Source of the DNA: Spirochaetota bacterium
GTDB taxonomy: Bacteria > Spirochaetota > UBA4802 > UBA5368
Direction: 5' to 3'
DNA: 64,000 nt
NCBI GenBank assembly: GCA_004297825.1
Contig: SCSX01000084.1
Span: forward strand, 42,862-106,861
In this document: piece after piece, positions 8,660 to 18,116 of the stretch
Numbering within the stretch: the first letter of the stretch is position 1
Layout of the letters: every line of letters begins with the position of its first letter
Notes under the pieces: generated by a model
What the model was told of the DNA's origin: nothing
Databases searched by the model: none
What the model saw: the letters and a program-made list of their open reading frames with translations, nothing else
Translations under genes and position numbers: made by a program

Positions 8660-10558
8660 ATGAAAAAAGTCACCTTCGCCGACAGGCTCAGATACGCCTT
8701 TGACAATACGCTCGCCAAGGGCACTCCCGCCCTCATCGCCTGGCTTTTCGCCGTCTCGCTCCTCATGATATTATTCTTTTCTATACTGGTATGGATTGCC
8801 GGGGCCCTTCCCGACGAAGCGGAAGGAAATTTCTTTCAACTGGTCTGGATGAGCCTGATGCGGTCGATCGACTCCGGCACCATGGGGGGAGACAAGGGTC
8901 TGTACAGCATTTTCATGCTGGGACTCACCTTCGGGGGGATATTCATCGTCAGCACGCTCATCGGCGTGATAAATTCCGGCATCGAGCGGAGGATCGAGCA
9001 GCTTCGCAAGGGGCGGTCGATGGTGGTGGAGAAAAACCATACGGTCATCCTGGGATGGTCGGAGCATATTTACTCGATAATATCGGAACTTGTGATCGCG
9101 AATAAAAATCAGCGCTACTCGTGCATCGTCATAATGGGAGACATGGACAAGGTCGAGATGGATGAGGCGGTGCGCAGCCACGCGGGCCCCACCGGACGGA
9201 CCAGGATCGTATGCAGGACCGGGAGCCCCAGCGATATAAACGACCTTGAGATCGCGGGCGTCGATATGGCCAGGTCCATCATCGTGGTATCGCCCCGCGA
9301 TGAAGACCCGGACGCCGAGGTCTTAAAAACGCTGCTTGCCCTGACCAACAACCCGAAGCGAAAAAGGGAGCCGTACCATATCGTCGCCGAGATACGCGAT
9401 CCCAAAAACATGGACATCGCTGCCATAGTCGGGAAGGACGAGGTCGAGCTTGTGCTGGTGGGCGATCTCATCGCGCGCATCATCGCCCAGACCAGCCGGC
9501 AGGCCGGGCTTTCTGTCGTCTACACCGAGCTTCTCGATTTCGGCGGCGACGAAATTTATTTCAAAGAGGAGCCGTCACTGGCCGGAAAGACATTCCGCGA
9601 AGCGTTGTTCATGTACGAGGATTCGGCGGTCATCGGGATCGCGCCGCGCGGCGGGAAATCCCATCTCAATCCGCCCATGGGCAGGATCATTGCCGAAGGC
9701 GACAGGCTGATCGTCATCTCGGAAGACGACGATACTATCAAGCCTTCCGAGATGAAGGAATTCAACATTGCCGGGGACATGATAAGCCCGGGATCGGTTT
9801 CGATAAGCGAGCCGGAATCACTGCTCATCATGGGGTGGAACTGGCGTGCACCCATCATCATTAAAGAACTCGACAACTACGTGGCCCAGGGATCCTCGGT
9901 GACGGTCGTTGCCGATATCGCTCCCGAAGAGAAGGAGTCCATCGCAAAGCGACTTGCGGGATTTAACAAGAAGCAGACTATTAAGCTCATGGCGGCAGAT
10001 ACCACGGACCGGTCGGTACTCAACAGGCTGAATGTCCAAACATACAGCCATATAATAATTCTCTGCTACTCCGATACGCTTTCAATGCAGCAGGCGGATG
10101 CGCGGACCTTGAAGACCCTGCTGCACCTTCGCGACATATCCGAAAAAACGGGGAACGAACTGTCGGTGATAAGCGAGATGATGGATGTGAAGAACAGGGA
10201 CCTGGCGCAGGTGGCCAGGGTAAACGATTTTATCGTCAGTGACAAGCTAATCAGCCTTCTTATGGCGCAGGTCTCCGAAAACAAGCAGCTCAACGGCGTC
10301 TTCATCGACCTCTTCGATCCGGAGGGGTCGGAGCTTTACCTTAAGCCGGTCGCAGACTACATCGTTCCCGGCTCCGAGGTCAATTTTTACACGATACTCG
10401 AAGCAGCCGCGCGGCGGAACGAGATCGCCATCGGGTACAAGATCGCGGCCGACGCCTACCGGGAGGAGCTTTCCTTTGGCGTGGTGGTGAATCCGGACAA
10501 ATCTAAAAAAGTATCCTTTGCGTCAGGGGACATGGTTATCCTTCTCGCCGAATCTTAG
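8660..10558 (+). CDS. Putative cation channel with tandem RCK/TrkA-N domains (CASTOR/POLLUX-like)
   Basis: 632 aa. N-terminal hydrophobic helices with a pore-loop-like segment (SIDSGTMGGDKG). Two Rossmann-type RCK domains follow (VILGWSEHI..; LIMGWNWRAPIII..). Confidence 0.6.
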   Translation: MKKVTFADRLRYAFDNTLAKGTPALIAWLFAVSLLMILFFSILVWIAGALPDEAEGNFFQLVWMSLMRSIDSGTMGGDKGLYSIFMLGLTFGGIFIVSTLIGVINSGIERRIEQLRKGRSMVVEKNHTVILGWSEHIYSIISELVIANKNQRYSCIVIMGDMDKVEMDEAVRSHAGPTGRTRIVCRTGSPSDINDLEIAGVDMARSIIVVSPRDEDPDAEVLKTLLALTNNPKRKREPYHIVAEIRDPKNMDIAAIVGKDEVELVLVGDLIARIIAQTSRQAGLSVVYTELLDFGGDEIYFKEEPSLAGKTFREALFMYEDSAVIGIAPRGGKSHLNPPMGRIIAEGDRLIVISEDDDTIKPSEMKEFNIAGDMISPGSVSISEPESLLIMGWNWRAPIIIKELDNYVAQGSSVTVVADIAPEEKESIAKRLAGFNKKQTIKLMAADTTDRSVLNRLNVQTYSHIIILCYSDTLSMQQADARTLKTLLHLRDISEKTGNELSVISEMMDVKNRDLAQVARVNDFIVSDKLISLLMAQVSENKQLNGVFIDLFDPEGSELYLKPVADYIVPGSEVNFYTILEAAARRNEIAIGYKIAADAYREELSFGVVVNPDKSKKVSFASGDMVILLAES

Positions 10559-10786
10559 CAGTCCGCTCACGTCGCTGAAGGCCGGACTTTCTTTCGCGGC
10601 GTCCTTGGGGAAGTGCTCATTGTAATCGAAGGCGATGTTTCCTTCGATCTAAATCTCCAGCGCCTTTCCGCGGAATTCCCCGGGGACCTGCGCAACCAGT
10701 GGGCGCTTCCCGCTCCCCGGGAAATGGACCACTTAAAAATTAAATTGACATTTCAGGCGCCGCTTCATGCATGTGAGTAAAATCAT

Positions 10787-13078
10787 GTGGAAAATATGAA
10801 GGCATTATTCAGAAACCATAATTGCGGTTCCGCGAAGCGCATTCCCAACACGCTCGCCTGGATGGCCGTTACCGTGATGCTCGTGCACGCGGCGCTGTTT
10901 ATCCTGTCCGTGACGGCGCTCACGGTGGTCGCGTCGCAGTCGGCGAGCAGGTTCGCGGGTCTCGCGCTTGAGCATCACAAGACGTTCCTCTTCTGGACGA
11001 ATATCGACCTCCTTCGCGGATACGCGCTGGTCTCCCTGGGGTACGTGCTCCTGGGTTATCCCGTCGTACGGCTCTGGATGGGCAGCCGGGAATGCGTGAC
11101 CCGCTGGGCTATAAGCTGGCGCACCCTGGCACTCACCGGCGTGATCATGGCCTATTGCGTGCTGCGCCTCGTGCACGCGCGCCCGTACTTCCTGAACGCC
11201 GCAAGCTATGATCACTGGTATTTCAAGCTCCTCTCCGGACTTCCCGAAGGGGTACGGCCCCACGTATTTTTCGCGCTCTTCACCGCGCTTCCCGTGGCGG
11301 CGGGATTCTCGGCGGCGGTATATTACGGGACGGTCCTCATCCGGCGCCTCCTGCCGGCATGGCGGCCCGGGCGCGCGGCGGGCGTTTCCACGGCGGCCGG
11401 GGCGCTGATACTCTCCGTATGGGTGGCGGCGCCCCTCGTAAGGGGAGACGAGCCGGTCGCGCTCGGCCGGCAGGGACCGCCCAACGTGCTCATGCTGGTT
11501 TCTGATTCCCTGCGCGGGGACCGTCTTTCGTGCAACGGGTATTATCGGCCCACCACGCCGCACATAGACGAGCTTGCCGCAAAATCGGTGAACTTCCAGC
11601 GCATGATGACCCCGGTCGCTTCCACGCTCGAATCCATGACCACGATCATGACTGGGCAGTACCCGCACACGCACGGGTTCCGTCACATGTACCCCTCCCG
11701 GGAGCGCGTGGACGCGACGCTCGCGCAGTCGCCCACGCTCGCCGGCGCGCTCGCCGCGCGCGGATACGAGACCGCCGCGATGGGGGACTGGTGCGCGGGG
11801 ATTTTCAACGTGGTGCCGCTCGGGTTCCGGGAGGTGCAGGCGAGCGATTTCGACGACTTCAAGCTCTACATGGCCCAGGCGGTTTACATCGCGCACTTCA
11901 TAATTCCTCTCTATTTCGACAACGAGCTGGGCTACCGCATGTTTCCCCGGCTCCAGTCTTTCGCCACGTACGTCACGCCGGACGTGGTCACGGACCGCCT
12001 CGTGGAAAGGCTCGATCGCGCGGCGCGCGGCGGCGATCCGTTCTTCATTACGGCCTTCTACTCGTGCACGCACATTCCGTATTACTGCCCGCCGCCCTAT
12101 CACGAGCTGTACGCCGATCCCGCATATAATGGAAGGAACAAGTTCAAGATGGACTTCAACGTGGACTCGTTCATTCGCGGCGCGGGAATCGAGAAGGAGT
12201 TCGCCGGCATGCCCCCGCACGAGGTGCGCCAGATACGCGATCTCTACGACGGCGCCGTGAATTTTTTCGACAGCCAGGTGGGACGCGTGCTCGCGGGCCT
12301 GGAGCGCGCCGGCCTCGCGGAAAACACCATCGTGATCGTGACCTCCGATCACGGGGACGACCTGTTCGAGCCCAACACGAGCTTCAGCCACGGGCTCTCG
12401 TTCAACGGTGGCGACCAGACGAACCGCATCCCGTTCGTCATGTACGTGCCCGGCGGACGGTTCGCGCCCGCGAAGGTGGCGCAGCTGACCCGCACGATCG
12501 ATATCGCGCCCACGGTGCTCGAGGTACTCGATGTCCCGCGCGCGCCGGGGATGGAGGGGACGAGCCTTCTTCCCTACCTCGAAGGAACGAGCACGGACCT
12601 CTCGCTCGCGTTCTTCGGCGAGACGAGCTACCTGTTTTTCAGGCGGCAGGTCCCCGGAGAGGAGCCGCTCTGGATCGCGCCCCTCGAGGAAACGACGGCG
12701 ATCGATCCGGATTTCGATTTCCATTTCGTGCTCCAGAAAAAATACGAGGCCGACGTGCTGCGCACCAAGGAGCGTTGCATCAGCACGCGGGACTGGAAAC
12801 TCGTTCACACGCCGGGAGTTCACAGGGACATATGGCGCCTCTTCCACCTGCCCACCGATCCCCACTGCGAGCGCGATGTGAAGCGCGCCTACCCGCGGGT
12901 ATGGAGGGCGATGCAGGCGAAGCTTCGCATGTGGGCGGACGAGCGGCGCGAGAGCCGCGTGTGCGAGATTTTCCCTTCCGATGACGGGGGCGCACCGTGG
13001 GAAGGCAAGGAACAGGAAACGCCGGAAGGCAAAGGCGGTAGGATCGCATCGGTGGAGGACGCGTTCCTGGATCGCTGA
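10787..13078 (+). CDS. Membrane-anchored sulfatase-fold (alkaline phosphatase superfamily) enzyme, LtaS/MdoB/arylsulfatase-like
   Basis: 763 aa, GTG start at 10787 (alternative ATG at 10796). About 220 aa of N-terminal TM helices, then a sulfatase domain (VLMLVSDSLRGD, TSDHGDDL, DIAPTVL). The position of the usual C/S-x-P-x-R nucleophile reads TPVASTLES. Confidence 0.65.
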   Translation: MENMKALFRNHNCGSAKRIPNTLAWMAVTVMLVHAALFILSVTALTVVASQSASRFAGLALEHHKTFLFWTNIDLLRGYALVSLGYVLLGYPVVRLWMGSRECVTRWAISWRTLALTGVIMAYCVLRLVHARPYFLNAASYDHWYFKLLSGLPEGVRPHVFFALFTALPVAAGFSAAVYYGTVLIRRLLPAWRPGRAAGVSTAAGALILSVWVAAPLVRGDEPVALGRQGPPNVLMLVSDSLRGDRLSCNGYYRPTTPHIDELAAKSVNFQRMMTPVASTLESMTTIMTGQYPHTHGFRHMYPSRERVDATLAQSPTLAGALAARGYETAAMGDWCAGIFNVVPLGFREVQASDFDDFKLYMAQAVYIAHFIIPLYFDNELGYRMFPRLQSFATYVTPDVVTDRLVERLDRAARGGDPFFITAFYSCTHIPYYCPPPYHELYADPAYNGRNKFKMDFNVDSFIRGAGIEKEFAGMPPHEVRQIRDLYDGAVNFFDSQVGRVLAGLERAGLAENTIVIVTSDHGDDLFEPNTSFSHGLSFNGGDQTNRIPFVMYVPGGRFAPAKVAQLTRTIDIAPTVLEVLDVPRAPGMEGTSLLPYLEGTSTDLSLAFFGETSYLFFRRQVPGEEPLWIAPLEETTAIDPDFDFHFVLQKKYEADVLRTKERCISTRDWKLVHTPGVHRDIWRLFHLPTDPHCERDVKRAYPRVWRAMQAKLRMWADERRESRVCEIFPSDDGGAPWEGKEQETPEGKGGRIASVEDAFLDR

Positions 13079-13458
13079 TGCGGCTTCGCCTGTGCGCGCA
13101 CAAAGCGGCTGCGCGGAAACTTCACCTCATGACACGCGCTTCCCGCGAAGCACGGAGATTCGAACGGGCAGGGAGCGCGAAACCCGGTCCGTGGGCGTAT
13201 CGGCCCCCATGCCGAAACGCCGTGCGTATTCGATCCGTCTATAAAGCGCGTACATGATCCCAACCAAGAACCATCGCTTCATCCGGACGGGATGGTCCGA
13301 TTCGCATTGCATAAAGACCACACTGTATTCCGTTAACCGGACACAAACCCCGCGGGAGTGCCCCGGAGGCCCCTGAAAACAATCGCGCGCGCAACTAAAT
13401 CATTGACAGAATGCGCGCCGTGATTTTGAATTCTTGAAACTTGAACGAGGGGACACGC

Positions 13459-14226
13459 ATGAAAATAGAAAACGCCGTTGCAATCGTAACCGGAGGCGCG
13501 TCGGGGCTGGGCGAGGCCGCGCTGCGGGGCATACTCGCGCGCGGGGGCAAAGCCGCGATCCTGGATATCGCCGACGACAAGGGCGCGCGCCTGGTGGCGG
13601 AGCTCGGGGCCTCCGTGATCTACTGCCGTACGGACGTCGCGAACGAAGACGACGTGGCGAAGGCGGTGGCCGCAACGGCCGCGAAGTTTGGAACCGTGAA
13701 CGTCGCGGTGAACGCGGCGGGAATCGCGCCGTCCGCGCGCACGGTCGGGAAGAAGGGCCCGGCCGGTCTGGCCGATTTCGAGCGGGTCGTACGCGTGAAC
13801 CTTACGGGAACCTTCAACGTAATACGGCTCGCGGCGGCCAGGATGATCGAAAACGCCCCGGACGCGGACGGCGAGCGCGGCGTGATCGTGAACACGGCCT
13901 CGATCGCGGCCTTCGAGGGGCAGATAGGGCAGGCGGCGTACGCGGCCTCGAAGGCGGGCGTGGTGGGCATGACGCTCCCCGTTGCGCGCGATCTCGCGGG
14001 CTACGGGATACGCAACGTGACGATCGCCCCGGGCATTTTCGATACGCCCATGATGGCGACGATCGCGCCCGATATCCGGGAAGCACTGGGCAAGAGCGTC
14101 CCGTTTCCGCAGCGCCTGGGGAGGCCGGACGAGTTCGGCGCCATGGTTGTGCATGTAATAGAAAACAGCATGCTGAACGGGGAAACGATACGACTGGACG
14201 GCGCCATGCGCATGGCGGCGAAGTAG
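13459..14226 (+). CDS. SDR-family 3-hydroxyacyl-CoA dehydrogenase (HSD17B10/type-II HADH-like)
   Basis: TGGASGLG Rossmann motif, NAAG, catalytic S..Y..ASK (YAASKAG). GAGGGGA RBS before the ATG at 13459. The ORF-track start at 13441 is TTG. Confidence 0.8.
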   Translation: MKIENAVAIVTGGASGLGEAALRGILARGGKAAILDIADDKGARLVAELGASVIYCRTDVANEDDVAKAVAATAAKFGTVNVAVNAAGIAPSARTVGKKGPAGLADFERVVRVNLTGTFNVIRLAAARMIENAPDADGERGVIVNTASIAAFEGQIGQAAYAASKAGVVGMTLPVARDLAGYGIRNVTIAPGIFDTPMMATIAPDIREALGKSVPFPQRLGRPDEFGAMVVHVIENSMLNGETIRLDGAMRMAAK

Positions 14227-14243
14227 GAGACAAGGAGACCAAC

Positions 14244-15416
14244 ATGAAAGAAGTGGTAATCGTAAGCGCATGCAGGACGGCGCTGGGGTCATATAACGGG
14301 TCGCTTGCCGGGATCGGCGGGACGAAGCTGGGCGCGATCGTGATCGAAGAGGCGGTGAAGCGCGCGGGGATAAAAAAGGAGCACGTGAACGAGGCCATCA
14401 TGGGCATGGTGCTTCCCTGCGGCTACGGCCAGAACCCGGCGAAGCAGGCGGTCGTGCAGGCCGGCATGCCCTGGGAGGTCGAGGCGATCACGGTGAACAA
14501 GGTATGCGGGTCCGGCCTCAAGGCCGTGATGCTGGGTGCGCAGGCCATCCAGGCCGGGGACGCGGACGTCGTCGTCGCCGGGGGCATGGAAAACATGAGC
14601 ATGGCCCCGTACTACCTCGAGAAGGCGCGCTTTGGCTACCGCATGGGGAACGAGAAGATCAGGGACCACATGGTTCACGACGGCCTGTGGGACGTGGTGA
14701 ACGATTTCCACATGGGCGGCTCCAACGAGCTTTGCGCGGAGCGCTACAAGGTGAGCCGCGAGGACCAGGACCGGTTCGCGGCCGAATCCTACCGCAAGGC
14801 TCTTGAAGCAATCAAGGCCGGCCGATTCAAGGACGAGATTGTTCCGGTCACCGTAAAGGGGAGAAAGGGCGACGTGATTTTCGACACGGACGAGTGCCCC
14901 GTACCCACGGACTACGAGACGCTGGCTAGAATGAAGCCCGCCTTCAAGGAAGGGGGGACCGGCACCGCCGGGAACGCGTCCATTATCAGCGACGGTGGCG
15001 CGGCGGTCGTGCTCATGTCGCGCGAGAAGGCGAAGGAGCTCGGCTGCACGGTACGCGCGACGGTGTGCGCGCAGGCGTCCTATGGGATCGACATGAAGTA
15101 CGTGCTGGTCGCCCCCATCTGGGCGATCCCGAAGTGCCTCAAGAAAGAAGGCATCTCGAAAGACGATGTGGATCTCTGGGAAGTGAACGAGGCGTTCAGC
15201 GGATCGAGCGTCGCCGTCATCAGGGAACTGGGCCTGGACCAGTCGAAGATCAACGTGAACGGCGGGGCAGTCGCGCTGGGACATCCCATAGGCGCAAGCG
15301 GCTGCCGCGTGCTTGTGACCCTCATCCACGAACTGGAGAAGCGCGACAAGCACACGGGCCTCGCGACGCTCTGCCTGGGCGGAGGAGAGGCGGTGGCGCT
15401 GATTGTGAGACGCTAA
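14244..15416 (+). CDS. Acetyl-CoA C-acetyltransferase (thiolase II)
   Basis: 391 aa. Thiolase signatures VNKVCGSGLKAV (active Cys), NASIISDGGAA, and C-terminal GLATLCLGGGEAVA. AAGGAGA RBS. The long 660-aa ORF in the track is an out-of-frame upstream extension. Confidence 0.9.
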   Translation: MKEVVIVSACRTALGSYNGSLAGIGGTKLGAIVIEEAVKRAGIKKEHVNEAIMGMVLPCGYGQNPAKQAVVQAGMPWEVEAITVNKVCGSGLKAVMLGAQAIQAGDADVVVAGGMENMSMAPYYLEKARFGYRMGNEKIRDHMVHDGLWDVVNDFHMGGSNELCAERYKVSREDQDRFAAESYRKALEAIKAGRFKDEIVPVTVKGRKGDVIFDTDECPVPTDYETLARMKPAFKEGGTGTAGNASIISDGGAAVVLMSREKAKELGCTVRATVCAQASYGIDMKYVLVAPIWAIPKCLKKEGISKDDVDLWEVNEAFSGSSVAVIRELGLDQSKINVNGGAVALGHPIGASGCRVLVTLIHELEKRDKHTGLATLCLGGGEAVALIVRR

Positions 15417-15426
15417 CTAGAAAGAC

Positions 15427-15495
15427 GTGTAAGAATTGGAGATGGGGAGAGGGATGAGATCGGGGGGATGTCAAGAATTTGATAATTTGGTAATT
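15427..15495 (+). repeat. Purine-rich ~65-bp intergenic element, copy A
   Basis: GTGTAAGAATTGGAGATGGGGAGAGGGATGAGATCGGGGGGATGTCAAGAATTTGATAATT. About 70% identical to the copy at 18725-18790, in the same orientation. Confidence 0.5.
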
Positions 15496-15535
15496 AAAAT
15501 CAGCCCCCGGAGCAATTCCGAGGGCTTTTATTAAT

Positions 15536-15937
15536 TTAAGCACCAGCGCTCTGCCGCGGCCTTTCGCGGTTTCTGCCGGTCGAATATTCTCTTACAAGAA
15601 TGTCCGCCGGAATGGCGAATTTTTCGACCAGAGCCCTGATCATCGTGATCGAGAGCGGGCGTTTTTTGGTCATCACGTCATGAACGCGGTTGCGCGGGCC
15701 TATCACGCCCTCGAGGTCTTTATTGGTAAGACCGTTCTGTTCCAAATAAAACTTGATGGCGCTGATGGGATCCGGCGTTTCAATCGGGAAATGCTCGCTT
15801 TCATATTCCCCGATTAACAGCGCCAGGATTTTTAATTCATCGGATTCCGGCGTCCCCTTCTTCGCATCCATGAGGCTGCCAAGGCGCTCCAGGGCGGCTG
15901 CGTAATCGCGTTTATTGTGTATTGCTGTTATATTCAT
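15536..15937 (-). CDS. higA: HigA antitoxin (XRE-family HTH, E. coli HigA type)
   Basis: 133 aa. C-terminal HTH block (KKRPLSITMIRALVEKFAIPADIL) as in E. coli HigA. Lies directly downstream of a HigB toxin gene with a 2-nt spacing. Confidence 0.7.
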   Translation of the reverse strand: MNITAIHNKRDYAAALERLGSLMDAKKGTPESDELKILALLIGEYESEHFPIETPDPISAIKFYLEQNGLTNKDLEGVIGPRNRVHDVMTKKRPLSITMIRALVEKFAIPADILVREYSTGRNRERPRQSAGA

Positions 15938-15939
15938 GG

Positions 15940-16236
15940 CTAAATCTCCTCGGCGTTAATCTTGTCGTACTCGGTATGAGTTCCTAAAAACCTTATCCAA
16001 ACTATCCTATGCTCGTAATTAACCTTTATGACGAGTCGGTAGTTACCTCCACAGATATCAAACACCGCTCTGTTCCCCGACAGGATGCACGCCTTTGTAA
16101 ATTGCTTCTTGATATCCTTTGGGCTCTTCCAGTCGGCCCGTTTCGCGAACCCAACCCATGCGCGTAACGGCTCTTCGGTCTCTTTGTGATTCGTCCAGTA
16201 TTTGCGAAGCGTACCTGCGCTGATTATTCTCATCAC
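15940..16236 (-). CDS. higB: HigB toxin (RelE/ParE superfamily mRNA interferase)
   Basis: 98 aa. C-terminal FDICGGNYRLVIKVNYEHRIVWIRFLGTHTEYD matches the E. coli HigB-type core. Toxin-first gene order typical of higBA. Confidence 0.7.
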   Translation of the reverse strand: MMRIISAGTLRKYWTNHKETEEPLRAWVGFAKRADWKSPKDIKKQFTKACILSGNRAVFDICGGNYRLVIKVNYEHRIVWIRFLGTHTEYDKINAEEI

Positions 16237-16276
16237 TTACAAGTACGTGTTTCAGACGCTAAATGTCAAACCAAAA

Positions 16277-16293
16277 GTTACCATAATGGTAAC
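16277..16293. promoter_or_regulatory. Perfect inverted repeat GTTACCAT-A-ATGGTAAC next to a TTGACA -35 box upstream of higB
   Basis: 8-bp perfect arms read directly from the DNA, about 40-55 bp upstream of the higB start codon. A typical position for a TA autoregulatory operator. Confidence 0.45.
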
Positions 16294-16435
16294 ATTGTAA
16301 TGCATGGTTTTAACCCCCCCTCCCCCGCTCCTTACACATTTATCTCCCACCATTGCCCCTGGAAATTTTTCCCCGGGGTTGACCGTTCCACCGGATTTCC
16401 GTACTTTTTTTAACTGTGCAAGGGGAGGGGAAACG

Positions 16436-16945
16436 ATGAAGCATAAAATAGTGACGTACATATGGTTCGACAACGGCGCCGAGGAGGCGGTGAAGTTTTA
16501 CAAGAAGGTGTTCGGGGACAATTTGAAGGTCGGGGGCACTACACACTATACGACCGAGACCCCGAGCAATAAACCCATAGGAAGCGTATTGACCGTGGAG
16601 TTCGAGCTTTTCGGACAGCGGTTCGGGCTGTTGAACGGGGGACCGTATTTCAAGCCGAATGAAGCCGTTTCATTCCTGATAGAATGCGAGGACCAGAAGG
16701 AGATCGACAAGTACTGGAACGCGCTGTCTGCCGATCCGGGCTCCGAGATGTGCGGCTGGCTCAAGGACAAGTACGGGGTCTCATGGCAGGTCGCCCCGAA
16801 GGCCCTGGAAGCCATGATCGCTTCGAAGGATACGGAAGCCGCGGCGCGGGCCATGAAGGCCCTGCTCGGGATGAAAAAGCTCATCCTCGCGGATTTGGAG
16901 AAGGCGTTCAAGGGCCCGGGTCACAGGCTGTCTAAGGCCGGCTGA
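16436..16945 (+). CDS. VOC-superfamily protein (PhnB-like / 3-demethylubiquinone-9 3-methyltransferase-domain type)
   Basis: 169 aa. Paralog of the 18983-19501 gene (WFDNGAEEAVKFY.., KDKYGVSWQV shared). AGGGGAGGGG RBS. Confidence 0.6.
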   Translation: MKHKIVTYIWFDNGAEEAVKFYKKVFGDNLKVGGTTHYTTETPSNKPIGSVLTVEFELFGQRFGLLNGGPYFKPNEAVSFLIECEDQKEIDKYWNALSADPGSEMCGWLKDKYGVSWQVAPKALEAMIASKDTEAAARAMKALLGMKKLILADLEKAFKGPGHRLSKAG

Positions 16946-16964
16946 TCCCTGGAGCCACGCGGGC

Positions 16965-18107
16965 TTAGTCCGCGTAGCCCCTCTCCGTCTCGCGCGCGAT
17001 GACCATGCGCTGCACCTCGGAGGTGCCCTCGTAGATCGTCGTCACGCGCGCGTCGCGGTAGATGCGCTCGATTTTGTTGTCGCGGATATACCCGTAGCCG
17101 CCGAATACCTGGAGCGCCTTGTAGGCGGAGCGGTTCGCCGCTTCCGACGCGAAGAGCTTCGCGATGGACGCCTCGCGCGAAAAGGGGAGCTTCCGGTCCT
17201 TCATGGACGCCGCCGACCACGTGAGAAGCCGCGCGGCCTCGCTGTCCACGGAAATGTCCGCGATCATATTCTGGATCGACTGATGGCGGATAATGGCCCT
17301 TCCGAACTGCTTGCGCACCTGCGCATACTCGCTCGCCTCGTGCAGCGCCGCCGCGATCATGCCGGTCGCCTGCGAGGCGATGCCGATCCTCCCGCTGTCG
17401 AGCGCCCCGAGCGCGGTCTTGAGCCCCATGCCGGGCCCTCCGAGCATGTAGCGCTCCGGAACCTCGCAGTCCTCCAGAATGAGCTCCACGGTATTCGACG
17501 CGAGGAGCCCCATCTTGTGCTCCTCCTTGCCGATCTTCAATCCCTTCGTGCCGGCGGGAATGAGGAACGCCGACGTCCCGTTCCTGTCCGCGGAGGTGCG
17601 CGCCATCAGGATGAAAACGCCCGCGTACGCGCCGTTCGTGATGAACATCTTCGTCCCGTTCAGGATGTAGCTCTTGCCTTTCTTAACCGCGGAGGTTTTT
17701 AAAGACGAGGGGTCCGATCCTGCCTCCGGCTCGGTGAGCGCGAACGCGCCGACATGTTCGCCGGATGCAAGGGGAACCAGGAACTCCATTTTCTGTTCCT
17801 CGGTGCCATAGTTGAGGATGGGATCGGTGCAGAGGTTCGTCACCGAGAGCGTGACGGCCACCGATGCGCAGGAAAAGGCGATCTCCTGGAGCGCGAGGCT
17901 GTAGCTCACCGCGCCTGCGGCGGAGCCGCCATACTGCTCCGGGACCATCATGCCGAAAAGCCCGAGCCCCCCGAGCTTCGCGATGATATCTTTCGGGTAT
18001 TCGCCGCGCAGGTTGTACTCCTGGGCGATCGGCTCGATCTCGCCGCGGGCGAACTCGCGGATCATGTCCCGTATCATTATCTGTTCGTCGGTAAGCGGAA
18101 GTTTCAT
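16965..18107 (-). CDS. Acyl-CoA dehydrogenase
   Basis: 380 aa. ACAD N-terminal, middle and C-terminal domain signatures (GAFALTEPEAGSD, YGGYGY..D, catalytic E in IYEGTSEVQ). Confidence 0.85.
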   Translation of the reverse strand: MKLPLTDEQIMIRDMIREFARGEIEPIAQEYNLRGEYPKDIIAKLGGLGLFGMMVPEQYGGSAAGAVSYSLALQEIAFSCASVAVTLSVTNLCTDPILNYGTEEQKMEFLVPLASGEHVGAFALTEPEAGSDPSSLKTSAVKKGKSYILNGTKMFITNGAYAGVFILMARTSADRNGTSAFLIPAGTKGLKIGKEEHKMGLLASNTVELILEDCEVPERYMLGGPGMGLKTALGALDSGRIGIASQATGMIAAALHEASEYAQVRKQFGRAIIRHQSIQNMIADISVDSEAARLLTWSAASMKDRKLPFSREASIAKLFASEAANRSAYKALQVFGGYGYIRDNKIERIYRDARVTTIYEGTSEVQRMVIARETERGYAD

Positions 18108-18116
18108 CGTTCTCTC

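Noticed and set aside
8771-10305. Several 70-136-aa minus-strand ORFs inside the channel gene
   Set aside because: Fully nested antisense to a gene with strong domain support. No independent signals.
10559-10700. Antisense reading frame giving ..VVHFPGSGKRPLVAQVPGEFRGKALEI*IEGNIAFDYNEHFPKDAAKESPAFSDVSGL
   Set aside because: It looks protein-like, but it is interrupted by a stop, has no start or RBS, and is under 60 aa. A possible gene remnant, but not supportable without a database search.
10805-12865. 686-aa minus-strand ORF antisense to the sulfatase-like gene
   Set aside because: The product is Arg/Gly/Pro-rich and low-complexity, which is typical of a shadow ORF in ~68% GC DNA. The sense-strand gene has clear domain signatures.
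13434-15416. 660-aa ORF suggesting a giant thiolase
   Set aside because: The N-terminal 270 aa are an Arg/Gly-rich out-of-frame shadow of the SDR gene. The thiolase starts at 14244, with its own RBS.
15494-15530. Terminator after the thiolase gene (AGCCC..GGGCT + TTTTATT)
   Set aside because: The stem is only 5 bp with a 15-nt loop. Too weak to call.
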